A stretch of 64,000 nt of DNA from Oscillospiraceae bacterium (GTDB lineage Bacteria; Bacillota; Clostridia; Oscillospirales; Acutalibacteraceae), in contig SVOY01000001.1 of assembly GCA_015066105.1 (NCBI GenBank), forward strand, positions 458,127 to 522,126, in the 5' to 3' direction. How positions within the stretch are numbered: the stretch's first letter is position 1; every line of letters begins with the position of its first letter. The notes under the pieces are model-generated. The model saw only the letters and a list, made by a program, of their open reading frames with translations. It searched no databases and was not told where the DNA came from. The position numbers were made by a program, and so were the translations under genes. Shown one piece after another: positions 1-10,395 of the stretch.

Positions 1-55
1 AAAGAGGGCAATGTTGAGCTTTTTGCCGTAATTCTCACATATTAAGGAGCGGCTT

Positions 56-730
56 ATGGGCAGAATGATAGTAATAGACGGCCTTGACGGAAGCGGTAAG
101 GCAACTCAGGCAGAGCTTCTTAAAAAGCGACTTAAGGAAAAGGGCTATGATATTTTTTCTCTTGACCTGCCGTATTACAGTGACCCGTCAAGCACACTTG
201 TAAAAATGTATCTTAGCGGTGAGCTCGGCGATAAGCCCGGTGATGTGAACTGCTATGCGGCCTCAAGCTTTTTTGCCGTTGACAGATATGCAAGCTTCAA
301 AAAGCATTGGGAAAAGGAATATAACAGCGATAAAATTGTTGTTGCCAACAGATACACAACCTCAAACGCCTGCCACCAGATGACAAAGCTCAGCGAAAGC
401 GAGTGGGATGCCTATATGGACTGGCTGTTTGATTTTGAATATAACAAGCTCGGTGTGCCTTCACCCGACTGCGTGATTTTTCTTGAAATGCCCGTTGAAA
501 TTTCTCAGAGGCTTCTTTCAAAAAGATACGGCGGCGATGAAAAGAAAAAGGACGTTCACGAAAGGGATACGTCATACCTTGCAAATTGCCACAAGGCGGC
601 GGTTTATGCCGCAGACAGACTCGGCTGGGAGACGGTTCACTGCTCAGACGGCAATGAGCCCAAGAGTGTTGAAGAAATTTCCGATGAGATTTTTCGCATA
701 GTTGAAAGGAAACTGCTTTTTAATGATTGA
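56..730 (+). CDS. thymidylate kinase-family nucleotide kinase
   Basis: 224-aa ORF preceded by AAGGAG; N-terminal P-loop IDGLDGSGKATQ typical of the dTMP-kinase fold. Confidence 0.7.
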   Translation: MGRMIVIDGLDGSGKATQAELLKKRLKEKGYDIFSLDLPYYSDPSSTLVKMYLSGELGDKPGDVNCYAASSFFAVDRYASFKKHWEKEYNSDKIVVANRYTTSNACHQMTKLSESEWDAYMDWLFDFEYNKLGVPSPDCVIFLEMPVEISQRLLSKRYGGDEKKKDVHERDTSYLANCHKAAVYAADRLGWETVHCSDGNEPKSVEEISDEIFRIVERKLLFND

Positions 731-1610
731 TTTTCACACGCCCACCCTTGAGGACAGGGAATGGATAAACAGAAAAATTGAAGAAACGGGAAGCCCCAGC
801 TGTGAGTACACCTTCGGTAATATTTTTGCCTACACGGCAAAAATGGAGCTTGAGGTTGCCGAGGCTTCATCCTGCCTTGTTACACGCTGCCGCTTTGACG
901 GCAAGCTGATGTATTGCTACCCCATTGGAAATGGAGACAGAAAAAAGGCAGTTGAAGCAATTATTGAGGATGCAAAGGAGCTTAAGAGCAACTTTACGCT
1001 TTTCGGTCTGACAAAGGAATTTGCAGACGAGCTTGAGGCAAATTTTCCCGAGTGCTTCAAAATCACCTTTGACCGTGACGGGTCCGATTACATTTACAGC
1101 CGCGAGGAGCTTGTAAGCCTTATCGGTAAAAAGTATCAGCCCAAGCGAAACCACATTTCCTTTTTCAGAAAGAATTTTGACTGGACCTACGAAACAATCA
1201 GCGAAAGCAACATTCCCGACTGCATAAGAATGAATGAAAAGTGGGTTGAGCAATCCCTTGAGGAAAGAAGGCAGGAGCTTTCGCAGGAGCTTGACATAAT
1301 AAAGCTTGTTTTTGAAAATTACAACGCACTCGGCTTTGTCGGCGGACTTATCCGTGTTGACGGCGAGGTTATCGCTTACACAATGGGTGAAAGAATGAAC
1401 GGTGACACCTTCTGCGTTCATTTTGAAAAGGCTTTTTCCTCTTACAGAGGCGCTTATCCCATGATTAACCGCGAATTCTGCGAGCGTGAGCTTTCCTCTT
1501 ATAAATACGTTGACCGCGAGGACGACCTCGGTGCCGACAATCTTCGAAAGGCCAAGCTTTCCTATTATCCCGTTTTAATAAAAGAGGAATACGAGGCAAA
1601 ATATTTATGA
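723..1610 (+). CDS. DUF2156-type protein (MprF/LysX C-terminal-like acyltransferase fold)
   Basis: ORF 702-1610; start placed at ATG 723, which overlaps the upstream stop (ATGATTGA). Family call rests on my recognition of the N-terminal sequence style. Confidence 0.55.
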   Translation: MIDFHTPTLEDREWINRKIEETGSPSCEYTFGNIFAYTAKMELEVAEASSCLVTRCRFDGKLMYCYPIGNGDRKKAVEAIIEDAKELKSNFTLFGLTKEFADELEANFPECFKITFDRDGSDYIYSREELVSLIGKKYQPKRNHISFFRKNFDWTYETISESNIPDCIRMNEKWVEQSLEERRQELSQELDIIKLVFENYNALGFVGGLIRVDGEVIAYTMGERMNGDTFCVHFEKAFSSYRGAYPMINREFCERELSSYKYVDREDDLGADNLRKAKLSYYPVLIKEEYEAKYL

Positions 1611-2431
1611 TGCTTAAGGATAAAAGCAGGCACAGATTATCTCTTATCAGCCTGTGGCAAACCGTTTTCGGTGATGAACCTGATTTTATAGATTTGATTT
1701 TCAAAAAGGAATATGAAAGCCCGGTTCTGTGCTTTGCTGAAATTATTGACGATAAAGCAGTTTCGGCCTTTTATCTGATTGAAAATACGCTTAAGTTTGA
1801 AAACAAGTATTATCACGGCTATTATCTTTACGCGGCGGCAACACTGCCCGAATACAGAAAAGCGGGCCTTATGTCAGGGCTTATAAATGAAGCTCTGACT
1901 TACTGTGAAAAAAACGGCGCAGATTTTGTTTCCCTTGTGCCGTCAGAGGAAAGCCTTTATTCCTATTATTCAAGGTTCGGCTTTTGCAAGGCAATGTACC
2001 GCTTTGTTTCGGCAAGGGCTTCTTCGGCTCAATGTGCAGACAGGAGCCTTGAGGCAATAACCGACAGTGAAAAAATACTCGAAATCCGCAACAGCCTTGA
2101 GGGTAATCTGATAAGCTTCAGCCCCTCATCCTTCGGCTATGCGGCTGATGTGCTTGCTTATTCGGGCTTCAGATTTAAAAAATTATCCGATGACGGCTAT
2201 CTTCTCTTTTCGCCCGGGGATAAATTTGCAGAGCTTTTTTCATCAGAAAGGAGCCTTGAAAAAAATCTTTTGATTGCAGGCAACAGCTTAAGTGCAGTTA
2301 CCTCTCCCTTTGCGCCTGCAGGCTTTGATGAATGTGAATGTGTACCCTTCGGTATGCTTTACCCCATAAACGCTTTACTGAAGCGTGACTGGAAATACAC
2401 CGATATTTATATGAACATTGCACTTGATTAG
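1607..2431 (+). CDS. GNAT-family N-acetyltransferase
   Basis: 274 aa; ATGA overlap with the upstream gene; acetyl-CoA-binding style motif LPEYRKAGLMSGLINEAL. Confidence 0.6.
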   Translation: MMLKDKSRHRLSLISLWQTVFGDEPDFIDLIFKKEYESPVLCFAEIIDDKAVSAFYLIENTLKFENKYYHGYYLYAAATLPEYRKAGLMSGLINEALTYCEKNGADFVSLVPSEESLYSYYSRFGFCKAMYRFVSARASSAQCADRSLEAITDSEKILEIRNSLEGNLISFSPSSFGYAADVLAYSGFRFKKLSDDGYLLFSPGDKFAELFSSERSLEKNLLIAGNSLSAVTSPFAPAGFDECECVPFGMLYPINALLKRDWKYTDIYMNIALD

Positions 2432-2442
2432 GAGGATGAAAA

Positions 2443-2985
2443 ATGGTTTACTGTTTTCTTGCAGACGGCTTTGAGGAGCTTGAAGCAACAGCTCCCGTTG
2501 ATATGCTCAGAAGAGCAGGTATTGACGTTGTAACCGTAGGTGTTACGGGCAAAAATGTTACGGGCTCTCACAATATTACTCTTACGGCCGACATCACTGC
2601 CGATGAAATAGTCCTTTCAGAGGATATTGAGGCTGTTATTCTTCCCGGCGGTATGCCCGGCACACTCAACCTTGAAAAAAGCTCTGCCGTTCAGGGTGCT
2701 TTAGATTACGCCGTTTCTCACAACAAGCTTGTATGCGCAATTTGTGCGGCACCGTCAATCCTCGGTCACAAGGGTCTGCTTAAGGGTAAAAACGCAACCG
2801 CCTTCCCCGGCTTTGAAAAGGATCTTGAGGGTGCGGCGATTTCAGAAAAATACGTTTGCCGTGACGGCAATTTCATCACCGCAAGGGGCGCGGGCGTTGC
2901 AGTAAAATTCGGCCTTGAAACAGTTGCCGCCCTTGCAGGCGAGGAAAAAAGCAAAGAAATTGAAAGAACGATACAGTCCTTATGA
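2443..2985 (+). CDS. DJ-1/PfpI (ThiJ) family protein
   Basis: 180 aa; nucleophile-elbow motif AICAAPSIL and overall DJ-1 pattern. Confidence 0.8.
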   Translation: MVYCFLADGFEELEATAPVDMLRRAGIDVVTVGVTGKNVTGSHNITLTADITADEIVLSEDIEAVILPGGMPGTLNLEKSSAVQGALDYAVSHNKLVCAICAAPSILGHKGLLKGKNATAFPGFEKDLEGAAISEKYVCRDGNFITARGAGVAVKFGLETVAALAGEEKSKEIERTIQSL

Positions 2986-3533
2986 AAAAGGCTTTGAGAA
3001 AAGAGCTCAGGGAGAAAAGAGCTTCACTTGAAAACAAAGAGGCACTGAGCCTCATTATTCAGCAGAGCTTTCTCAACTCAGAGCTTTATAACAGTGCACA
3101 GACCCTTCTCCTCTACAGCTCCACGGGCAGTGAGGTTTCAACAGATTTAATCTGCCGAAGGGCACTTGAGGATAAAAAGAAGGTTGCATTTCCCCTTTGT
3201 CTTGACGGCGGCGGGAAAATGAAATTCTTTTATATAAAGGATGAAAATGACCTTGTTGAGGGAATGTACGGAATAAAAGCCCCTGCAGATTATTGCAGTG
3301 AGTATGTGAGTGATGAAAATTCACTTTGTGTGGTGCCCGGCCTTGCTTTTGACAAAAGCGGCTACCGCATAGGCTACGGCAAGGGCTATTATGACCGCTT
3401 CCTTTCCGCCTTTGACGGTGTCAGCGTTGGTCTTTGCTTCGCTTCCATGGTGGCCGACAGACTGCCGACGGATGCCTACGATAAAAAAGTAAGCTGTCTT
3501 ATCACTGATAAGAAAACATATAAATTTCAGTAA
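2982..3533 (+). CDS. 5-formyltetrahydrofolate cyclo-ligase
   Basis: 183 aa; C-terminal GYGKGYYDR motif; ATGA-coupled to the upstream gene. Confidence 0.8.
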   Translation: MKKALRKELREKRASLENKEALSLIIQQSFLNSELYNSAQTLLLYSSTGSEVSTDLICRRALEDKKKVAFPLCLDGGGKMKFFYIKDENDLVEGMYGIKAPADYCSEYVSDENSLCVVPGLAFDKSGYRIGYGKGYYDRFLSAFDGVSVGLCFASMVADRLPTDAYDKKVSCLITDKKTYKFQ

Positions 3534-3549
3534 AAGGAGGATTTTAATT

Positions 3550-5226
3550 ATGGATGACAGACTTCGCCGCGATAACGCAGAAAACAACGACAAGTCAAAT
3601 TCAGATACATCCCGTGAGCGTGATTTTCAGCAGTGGGATTTTAACACCAATGCTGAGTCTGAAGCTTCTGATAAAAAAATCAATCCCTCTGTACAGATTC
3701 CGAAAAGATTTGAGGTACATATTCCCGAATCTGAGGATTTTCCAAGCTTTATGCCTCAGAGTGCAACCCGTGTACCTGCGCCCGAAAACAGACCCGCACC
3801 CGCGGCACCCGTCAGTAGGCCGACGTCTGCACCTGCCGCTTCCGCAAGGCCTGCGGCCCCCGGTGCTCAGCGTCCCACAAGACCCGTGCCCGTTTCCGGC
3901 TTAAGACAGCCTGCACCGGCTTCACGCCCAACGGCACAGAGGAAACCTGCAGCGGCAAAGCCCTCAGCTGCAGCCGGCAGACCCGCGGCAGCCAAGGCTC
4001 CCGATGCAAAAAAGGCTAAGCCCGAGGAAGCCAAAAAAGCACCGAAGCGTAAAAAGAACAAAGCCGATATGGCATATAACCTTGCAAAGGGTATTCTTAC
4101 GGCCTGCGTCTGCCTTATTTTTATCGCAACGCTTACAACCGTTGTTACCTCTGTTGCCTTCGGCTTCATTAACGATGTGCTTGTAATTGATGACGACAAC
4201 AGAGATTATTCCGTTGTTATCGAGGTTCCCGAAGGAGCCGACTATGAGACGATTTTTGATATTCTCACCGAAAACGGTCTCGTTACTCAACCCCTTCTTA
4301 CCGATTTCTTCCTCAAATTCAGACATTACGATTTTCAGGCGGCCTACGATGATGAAACGGGCGAGCTTCTTTATAACGAGGACGGCTCCGTAAAGCAGGA
4401 GGCTGTAAAATATCAGCCGGGTGTTTACTATGTATACGCCGACAGCGGCATTGAAAACATTTTTGACAGTATGCTTGTCAACAACAGTCTTAACAAGGGC
4501 ACCGTAAGGCTCACCTTCCCCGAGGGCTTCAGCATTGCCGAGGTTTTTGAAAAAATTGAGAAAAACGAGGTCTGCGAGGCTGAAAAGCTTTACGCCAACC
4601 TTGAAATTGTAGGCGAGCAGTACAGCTTTATCAAAAAGCTCGGCGACAGTGAGGGCCGTTTCCTTAAGGCGGAGGGCTATCTCTTCCCCGACACCTACGA
4701 TTTCTATATCGGCGAGAGTGCAAGCTCCGTGCTTGAAAAGCTTCTCAATAACTTTGAGGTAAGATGGGAAAAGGAATACGACGAGCGCCTTAAGGAGCTC
4801 GGTATGTCAATGAACGAGATAATAACCATTGCCTCTATAGTTCAGTGTGAGGCAAAGGACGGCTCGCAGATGGCGGATATTGCCGGTGTTATCCACAACC
4901 GTCTCAACAACTCCGCATCCTATCCCACTCTTGATATGGACTCAACCTCCGATTACGTCAACTCACTCAAGTCCTTCAACATTCTTTCGGATATTGAACA
5001 TTCGATTTATCTTGAATCATACAACACCTACAGTAAAACGGGGCTTCCTCCCGGACCTATCTGTAACCCCGGTGCCACTGCCATCAGGGCAGCCCTTTAT
5101 CCTACGGAAAGCACCTATTATTTCTTCTGCCACGGTAATGACGGCGAGGTTTACTACGCTTCAACCGCAACCGAGCACCAGGAGAATGTTCAGAAGGTTG
5201 TTTACGGAAGTGTCGGAGGAAACTGA
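3550..5226 (+). CDS. mltG: endolytic murein transglycosylase MltG (YceG-like) with a long Pro/Ala-rich N-terminal extension
   Basis: 558 aa; TM helix after residue about 185; YceG-type C-terminal domain (EGYLFPDTY, ASIVQCEA, NTYSKTGLPPGPICNPG). Confidence 0.85.
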   Translation: MDDRLRRDNAENNDKSNSDTSRERDFQQWDFNTNAESEASDKKINPSVQIPKRFEVHIPESEDFPSFMPQSATRVPAPENRPAPAAPVSRPTSAPAASARPAAPGAQRPTRPVPVSGLRQPAPASRPTAQRKPAAAKPSAAAGRPAAAKAPDAKKAKPEEAKKAPKRKKNKADMAYNLAKGILTACVCLIFIATLTTVVTSVAFGFINDVLVIDDDNRDYSVVIEVPEGADYETIFDILTENGLVTQPLLTDFFLKFRHYDFQAAYDDETGELLYNEDGSVKQEAVKYQPGVYYVYADSGIENIFDSMLVNNSLNKGTVRLTFPEGFSIAEVFEKIEKNEVCEAEKLYANLEIVGEQYSFIKKLGDSEGRFLKAEGYLFPDTYDFYIGESASSVLEKLLNNFEVRWEKEYDERLKELGMSMNEIITIASIVQCEAKDGSQMADIAGVIHNRLNNSASYPTLDMDSTSDYVNSLKSFNILSDIEHSIYLESYNTYSKTGLPPGPICNPGATAIRAALYPTESTYYFFCHGNDGEVYYASTATEHQENVQKVVYGSVGGN

Positions 5227-6482
5227 TGATAAAAAGCCTGAAAAAGCCGGAGCTTCTTGCCCCGGCAGGAGATATGGAAAGACTTGAGGCCGCCTGCAAA
5301 TACGGTGCAGATGCCGTATATATCGGCGGCAAGGTCTTCGGTATGAGAGCAGGTCCCGCCAATTTCAGCGACGAGGAGCTTCACACGGCTGTAAAATACG
5401 CCCACGAAAGAGGTGTTAAGGTTTACCTTACCTGCAACGTGCTTCCCCGTAACGATGAGCTTGAACAGCTGCCCGCATTTCTGCAGAATGCCGCAAGGGC
5501 AGGCGTTGATGCCTTTATAATTTCAGACCTGGGCGTGCTCGATTATGCAAAAAAATATGCACCCGATGTTGAAATTCACATTTCCACCCAGTCGGGCATT
5601 GTGAATTATGCGGCCGCAAATGCCTTTTACCGTATGGGCGCAAAGCGTGTTGTTACCGCACGCGAGCTTAAAATGAGCGAAATCCGCTCACTGCGTGAGA
5701 ATATTCCCGAGGATATGGACATTGAATGCTTTGTTCACGGAGCAATGTGTGTTTCCTTCTCGGGCAGATGCCTTATTTCAAATTACCTTGTCGGCAGAGA
5801 TGCAAACCGCGGCGAGTGTGCTCAGCCCTGCCGCTGGAATTACCGCCTTGTTGAAGAAAAAAGGCCGGGACAGTATTTCCCCATAGGCGAGGACGAGGGC
5901 GGCACCTACATTCTTAATTCAAAGGATATGTGTATGCTCGAGCATATTCCCGAAATGATTGATGCGGGAATTACAAGCTTCAAAATTGAAGGCAGAGCAA
6001 AATCGGCATATTACGTTGCCGTTGTAACAAATGCATACAGAATGGCTATTGATGCTTATTTTGAAAATCCCGTGCCCGATTACAGGCCCGAGCAGTGGAT
6101 ACTTGACGAAATGACAAAGGTAAGCTACAGAGACTACTGCACAGGCTTTTATTACGGTGATGTTGCCGATGATGCAAACATCAGCTACAAAGGCGGCTAT
6201 AACCGTGAATGGGACGTTATGGCCGTTGTTGAAAAATGGGAAAACGGTGTGGCCTACTGCTCACAGCGAAACCGCTTTTTTGAAGGCGACGAGCTTGAAG
6301 CAATGACGGCGGGTGAAAAGCCCGTAGCGGTCATTGCAAGGCAGCTGAGGGATGCCGACGGTGAGCTTATTTCCGACACAAGGCACCCTATGATGAAATT
6401 CAGCTTCAGCTGTGATATTCCGCTCAAGGCCGACACGGTTTTAAGAAAATGCCGTGAAGAGGCGGCAAGAGTGATAATTTAA
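5226..6482 (+). CDS. peptidase U32 family protein
   Basis: 418 aa; N-terminus PELLAPAGDMERLEAACKYGADAVYIGG and the Cys-rich GECAQPCRW motif typical of U32. Confidence 0.8.
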   Translation: MIKSLKKPELLAPAGDMERLEAACKYGADAVYIGGKVFGMRAGPANFSDEELHTAVKYAHERGVKVYLTCNVLPRNDELEQLPAFLQNAARAGVDAFIISDLGVLDYAKKYAPDVEIHISTQSGIVNYAAANAFYRMGAKRVVTARELKMSEIRSLRENIPEDMDIECFVHGAMCVSFSGRCLISNYLVGRDANRGECAQPCRWNYRLVEEKRPGQYFPIGEDEGGTYILNSKDMCMLEHIPEMIDAGITSFKIEGRAKSAYYVAVVTNAYRMAIDAYFENPVPDYRPEQWILDEMTKVSYRDYCTGFYYGDVADDANISYKGGYNREWDVMAVVEKWENGVAYCSQRNRFFEGDELEAMTAGEKPVAVIARQLRDADGELISDTRHPMMKFSFSCDIPLKADTVLRKCREEAARVII

Positions 6483-6506
6483 GGAAGGATTAAAGGAGGA
6501 ATAATA

Positions 6507-7472
6507 ATGGCGACTTATTCGGTTTCTCTTGCAAAAATCATAAAGGACCATCAGTTTGAGCCCTTATTCTTGCCGAAGGACCCGACGGAAATTTTTATAA
6601 CAACCCCCGATGTTCACAGACCCGGCCTTACAATAGCCGGCTATGACAGCTTTTTTGACTGTACGAGAATCAACTTCCTGGGCAAGGCGGAGATTGAATT
6701 TGTCAACAGCTTTTCTGATGAAGAGGGCAAGGTAAAGGTTGAAAAATATCTTTCCAAGCAGCCTGCCTGCATTATCATTTCACGAAATCTCGATTGTCCT
6801 AAATTTATCGCTGAGCTTGCACCCGTATACGGTGTGCCCGTGCTTAAAACCTCGGATTCAACCTCTCGCTCAATGGCGGCTCTTATTGCTTACCTCAATG
6901 TTGAGCTTGCAGAAAGAATCACCCGTCACGGCGTTTTTGTTGAGGTTTACGGTGAGGGTGTTCTCATCCTCGGCGACAGCGGCGTGGGTAAAAGTGAAAC
7001 TGCCGTTGAGCTTATCAAGCGCGGCCACAGACTCATTGCCGACGATGCCGTTGAAATCAAAAAAACGGGCGCAAAAACCATTGTTGGCTCTGCACCCGAC
7101 AACATCAGGCACTTTATTGAGCTTCGCGGCATCGGCATTATCAATGCAAGGCGGATTTTCGGTATGGGCTCTGTAAAGCTCAATGAAAAAATCGATATGG
7201 TAATTCAGCTTGAGCCCTGGGACAGCGAAAAGGTTTATGACAGAATGGGCATTGAAAACGAATATACGGATATTCTCGGTGTTCACGTGCCTTATACCGT
7301 TGTTCCCGTCAAGCCGGGACGAAATCTTGCAGTAATCATTGAGGTTGCCGCAATGAACAACAGACAGAAAAAGATGGGTTATAATGCTGCCAGAGAGCTT
7401 ATGCACAACCTTGGTATGGTGGACGATATCATCCCTCAGGATGATGAAATCAAGCTCTGGGGAAATTTTTAA
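6507..7472 (+). CDS. hprK: HPr kinase/phosphorylase
   Basis: 321 aa; Walker A GDSGVGKSETA followed by LIADD and the IELRGIGIIN signature. Confidence 0.9.
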   Translation: MATYSVSLAKIIKDHQFEPLFLPKDPTEIFITTPDVHRPGLTIAGYDSFFDCTRINFLGKAEIEFVNSFSDEEGKVKVEKYLSKQPACIIISRNLDCPKFIAELAPVYGVPVLKTSDSTSRSMAALIAYLNVELAERITRHGVFVEVYGEGVLILGDSGVGKSETAVELIKRGHRLIADDAVEIKKTGAKTIVGSAPDNIRHFIELRGIGIINARRIFGMGSVKLNEKIDMVIQLEPWDSEKVYDRMGIENEYTDILGVHVPYTVVPVKPGRNLAVIIEVAAMNNRQKKMGYNAARELMHNLGMVDDIIPQDDEIKLWGNF

Positions 7473-7484
7473 GAGGTGAAAATT

Positions 7485-8435
7485 ATGTTTAGAATTGGTG
7501 TAGATTTAGGCGGAACAAACATTGCGGTTGGTGTAATTGATGCCGAAAACAGAATTATCGGTATTTCGAAAAGAAAAACAAACACACCGAGACCCGCAAA
7601 GGAAATTTTTGACGATATTAACCTTTGCATTGCCGATGCAATAGCTGATGCAGGGCTTAAAACCGAGGATATCGTAAGCATCGGTGTCGGCACTCCCGGC
7701 TCCGTTGACCACGCAACGGGTATGATTCTTTATGCAAACAACCTTGATTTTTACAATGTTCCCGCAGTTGAATACATAAACGAAAAATTCCCCGGAATTA
7801 AGGTTTATATTGATAATGATGCAAACTGCGCCGCACTCGGTGAGGCACTTGCAGGCTGCGGCAAGGGCAAAAAGAGCTTTATTGCCGTTACACTCGGCAC
7901 GGGTGTAGGCGGCGGCATTGTGCTTGACGGCAAGCTTCTCGTCGGCTGTAACGATGCAGGCGGCGAAATCGGCCATATGGTAATAGCTCACGACGGCGAG
8001 CAGTGCAACTGCGACAGAATCGGCTGTTGGGAAAGATATGCCTCCGCAACTGCCCTTGTCAATCAGACAAAGGCCGCAATGCTTGAAAATAAAAGCAGCA
8101 GAATGTGGGAGCTTTGCGACGGTAAAATTGAAAACGCAGGCGGCAGAACTGCCTTTGACGCAATGCGCCTGGGCGACGAATGTGCCGCAAAGGTGTGCGA
8201 TGATTACATCAGATACATAGCAGTAGGTACCGTTAACCTTGTAAATATCTTCCAGCCCGAGCTTATCTGCTTCGGCGGCGGTATCTGCAACGAGGGCGAA
8301 ACCCTTCTTGCTCCCTTGAGAAAATATATTGCTATGTGGAGATACAGTAAGCAGCAGGAAAAGCAGACCGAAATCTGCCGTGCAACCCTCGGCAACGATG
8401 CAGGCATTATCGGTGCGGCTCTCTTAGAATACTAA
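7485..8435 (+). CDS. glcK: ROK-family glucokinase
   Basis: ORF from GTG 7476; ATG 7485 preferred (SD AGAGGTG). DLGGTN ATP motif and the ROK Cys cluster CNCDRIGCWE. Confidence 0.8.
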   Translation: MFRIGVDLGGTNIAVGVIDAENRIIGISKRKTNTPRPAKEIFDDINLCIADAIADAGLKTEDIVSIGVGTPGSVDHATGMILYANNLDFYNVPAVEYINEKFPGIKVYIDNDANCAALGEALAGCGKGKKSFIAVTLGTGVGGGIVLDGKLLVGCNDAGGEIGHMVIAHDGEQCNCDRIGCWERYASATALVNQTKAAMLENKSSRMWELCDGKIENAGGRTAFDAMRLGDECAAKVCDDYIRYIAVGTVNLVNIFQPELICFGGGICNEGETLLAPLRKYIAMWRYSKQQEKQTEICRATLGNDAGIIGAALLEY

Positions 8436-8449
8436 TTGGAGGTCTTTCC

Positions 8450-9352
8450 TTGAAGGAACTTATTTACGAACTTTCGCAAAAGGGTATCAGCTTTAAGGCC
8501 GATGAGCCGATGAAGGCTCACACCACCTTTAAAACGGGCGGCAACGCAAGTCTTTTCATCTGTCCCGAGGATGAAGACGAGCTTTCTCACGTGCTTAAGG
8601 CGGTTAAAAAATGCGGCCTCAGGCCCTTTATACTCGGCAACGGAAGTAATCTTCTTGTAAGCGATGACGGAATTAAGGATAAGCCCGTTGTTTTCCTCGG
8701 TGACGGCTTTGATGAAATAAAGCTGATTGATGAGGTGACAATTAAGGCGGGGGCAGGTGCATCACTTTCGGCACTTTGCCGCTTTGCCCTTGAAAACAGC
8801 CTTACGGGCCTTGAGTTTGCCTTCGGCATACCGGGGCTTTGCGGCGGTGCTGCCTTTATGAACGCAGGTGCCTACGGCGGCGAAATGAAGGATGTTACCG
8901 TAAGGTGCAACCACATTGATTTTGACGGCAACAGCGGTCACTTTGAGGGCTCCGAGCTTGATTTCGGCTACAGACACAGCGTTTATTCCGATAAGGACTG
9001 TGTTATCACAAGCCTTGTTCTTAAGCTTGAAAAGGGCAACAGAGACGAAATCAATGCAAAAATGAAGGAGCTTCTTCAGCGAAGAAGAGACAAGCAGCCC
9101 CTTGAATATCCCAGTGCAGGCAGTGTTTTCAAGCGCCCCGTGGGATATTTTGCAGGTGCGCTCATTGAGCAGTCGGGCCTTAAGGGCAAAAGAATCGGCG
9201 GCGCAATGGTAAGCGAAAAGCACGCAGGCTTTATTATAAATTACGACAACGCAACAACAAAGGACGTGCTTGACCTTATAAAATTCTGTCAGGATACAGT
9301 AAAGGAAAAGTTCGGCGTCAGGCTTGAACAGGAAATTAAAACAGTATTATAA
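8450..9352 (+). CDS. murB: UDP-N-acetylenolpyruvoylglucosamine reductase
   Basis: 300 aa; TTG start after GGAGG; FAD-binding N-domain (GNGSNLLV) and C-terminal PSAGSVFKRP motif. Confidence 0.9.
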   Translation: MKELIYELSQKGISFKADEPMKAHTTFKTGGNASLFICPEDEDELSHVLKAVKKCGLRPFILGNGSNLLVSDDGIKDKPVVFLGDGFDEIKLIDEVTIKAGAGASLSALCRFALENSLTGLEFAFGIPGLCGGAAFMNAGAYGGEMKDVTVRCNHIDFDGNSGHFEGSELDFGYRHSVYSDKDCVITSLVLKLEKGNRDEINAKMKELLQRRRDKQPLEYPSAGSVFKRPVGYFAGALIEQSGLKGKRIGGAMVSEKHAGFIINYDNATTKDVLDLIKFCQDTVKEKFGVRLEQEIKTVL

Positions 9353-9369
9353 CAGTTTTTTCCGCTTTT

Positions 9370-9401
9370 CATTCTGCATTCTGCATTCTGAATTCTGCAT
9401 T
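9370..9401. repeat. heptanucleotide tandem array (CATTCTG/AATTCTG, about 4.5 units)
   Basis: Read directly: cattctg cattctg cattctg aattctg catt. Same unit family as the arrays at 28016-28050, 28205-28236 and 36530-36554. Confidence 0.9.
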
Positions 9402-9451
9402 TTTATATAACTTTCAACCAATTTAACACTAAATTTTAAAGGAGGGCATAT

Positions 9452-10375
9452 ATGTCATTTTCCGCAGAAATTAAACAGGAGCTTATGAAAATTGAAGATA
9501 TGCCCGATTGCTGTGCTCACGCAATGGCCTACGGTATGCTTCTTTTCGGCAGAAGCTTTGACAGCGGCGATATTTCACTGCTTACGGATAATCCTTCGGT
9601 TGCCGATAAGTATGTTAAGCTTGTTGAAAGGGTTTGCGGCGTTACCTGCCTGAGAAATGTTTCCGAGGCGGGCAAGGTCACCTGCGAGGTGAAAAGCGAA
9701 GAGGACAGACTCAGGGTGCTTTCCTGCTTTTCAATGACGGGCAGGGAGCGCGTAAAGCGCGTTGAGCGCGGCAATCTTCTCAACGAAAGCGGAAATGTCC
9801 AGGAGAGCTTAAACTGCTGTAACGCGGCATTTTTAAGGGGTGCCTTTCTTTCCTGCGGCACTGCCAGCGACCCTAACAAGAGCTATCATATCGAATTTGT
9901 TGTGTCTTACAGAACGCTGAGCCTTGACCTGCTTAAAATCCTTACGGATTACGGCCTTAAGGCAAAGCATATGGTAAGGCGGTATATAAACGTCATTTAC
10001 ATAAAGGACAGTGAAAGCATTGAGGATTTGCTGACCATTATGGGTGCTCCCATTGCGGCACTTTCAATTATGAACATAAAAATATATAAGGATTTAAGAA
10101 ATCTTACAAACCGCAGAAATAATTTTGAAAACGCAAACCTTTCAAAAACCGCAACTGCGGCCTACGACCAGATAAATGCAATAAGAAGGCTCAAGGATAG
10201 CGGCGGCTTTGCTCTTCTGAGTGATGAGCTTAAAGTGATTGCAGACTTAAGGCTTGAAAACGAGGATGCAAGCCTGAGAGAAATAGGCGAAATGTGTTCG
10301 CCGCCCTTAAGCCGCTCGGCTGTAAATCACAGGCTGAAAAAGCTTATTGCACTTTCGGGTGCGGATAAATCTTGA
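9452..10375 (+). CDS. whiA: DNA-binding sporulation/cell-division regulator WhiA
   Basis: 307 aa; MSFSAEIKQEL start, LAGLIDADG-derived middle region, C-terminal HTH (LSRSAVNHRLKKL). Confidence 0.9.
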   Translation: MSFSAEIKQELMKIEDMPDCCAHAMAYGMLLFGRSFDSGDISLLTDNPSVADKYVKLVERVCGVTCLRNVSEAGKVTCEVKSEEDRLRVLSCFSMTGRERVKRVERGNLLNESGNVQESLNCCNAAFLRGAFLSCGTASDPNKSYHIEFVVSYRTLSLDLLKILTDYGLKAKHMVRRYINVIYIKDSESIEDLLTIMGAPIAALSIMNIKIYKDLRNLTNRRNNFENANLSKTATAAYDQINAIRRLKDSGGFALLSDELKVIADLRLENEDASLREIGEMCSPPLSRSAVNHRLKKLIALSGADKS

Positions 10376-10395
10376 CAAAGACAGAGGCTGAGGAA

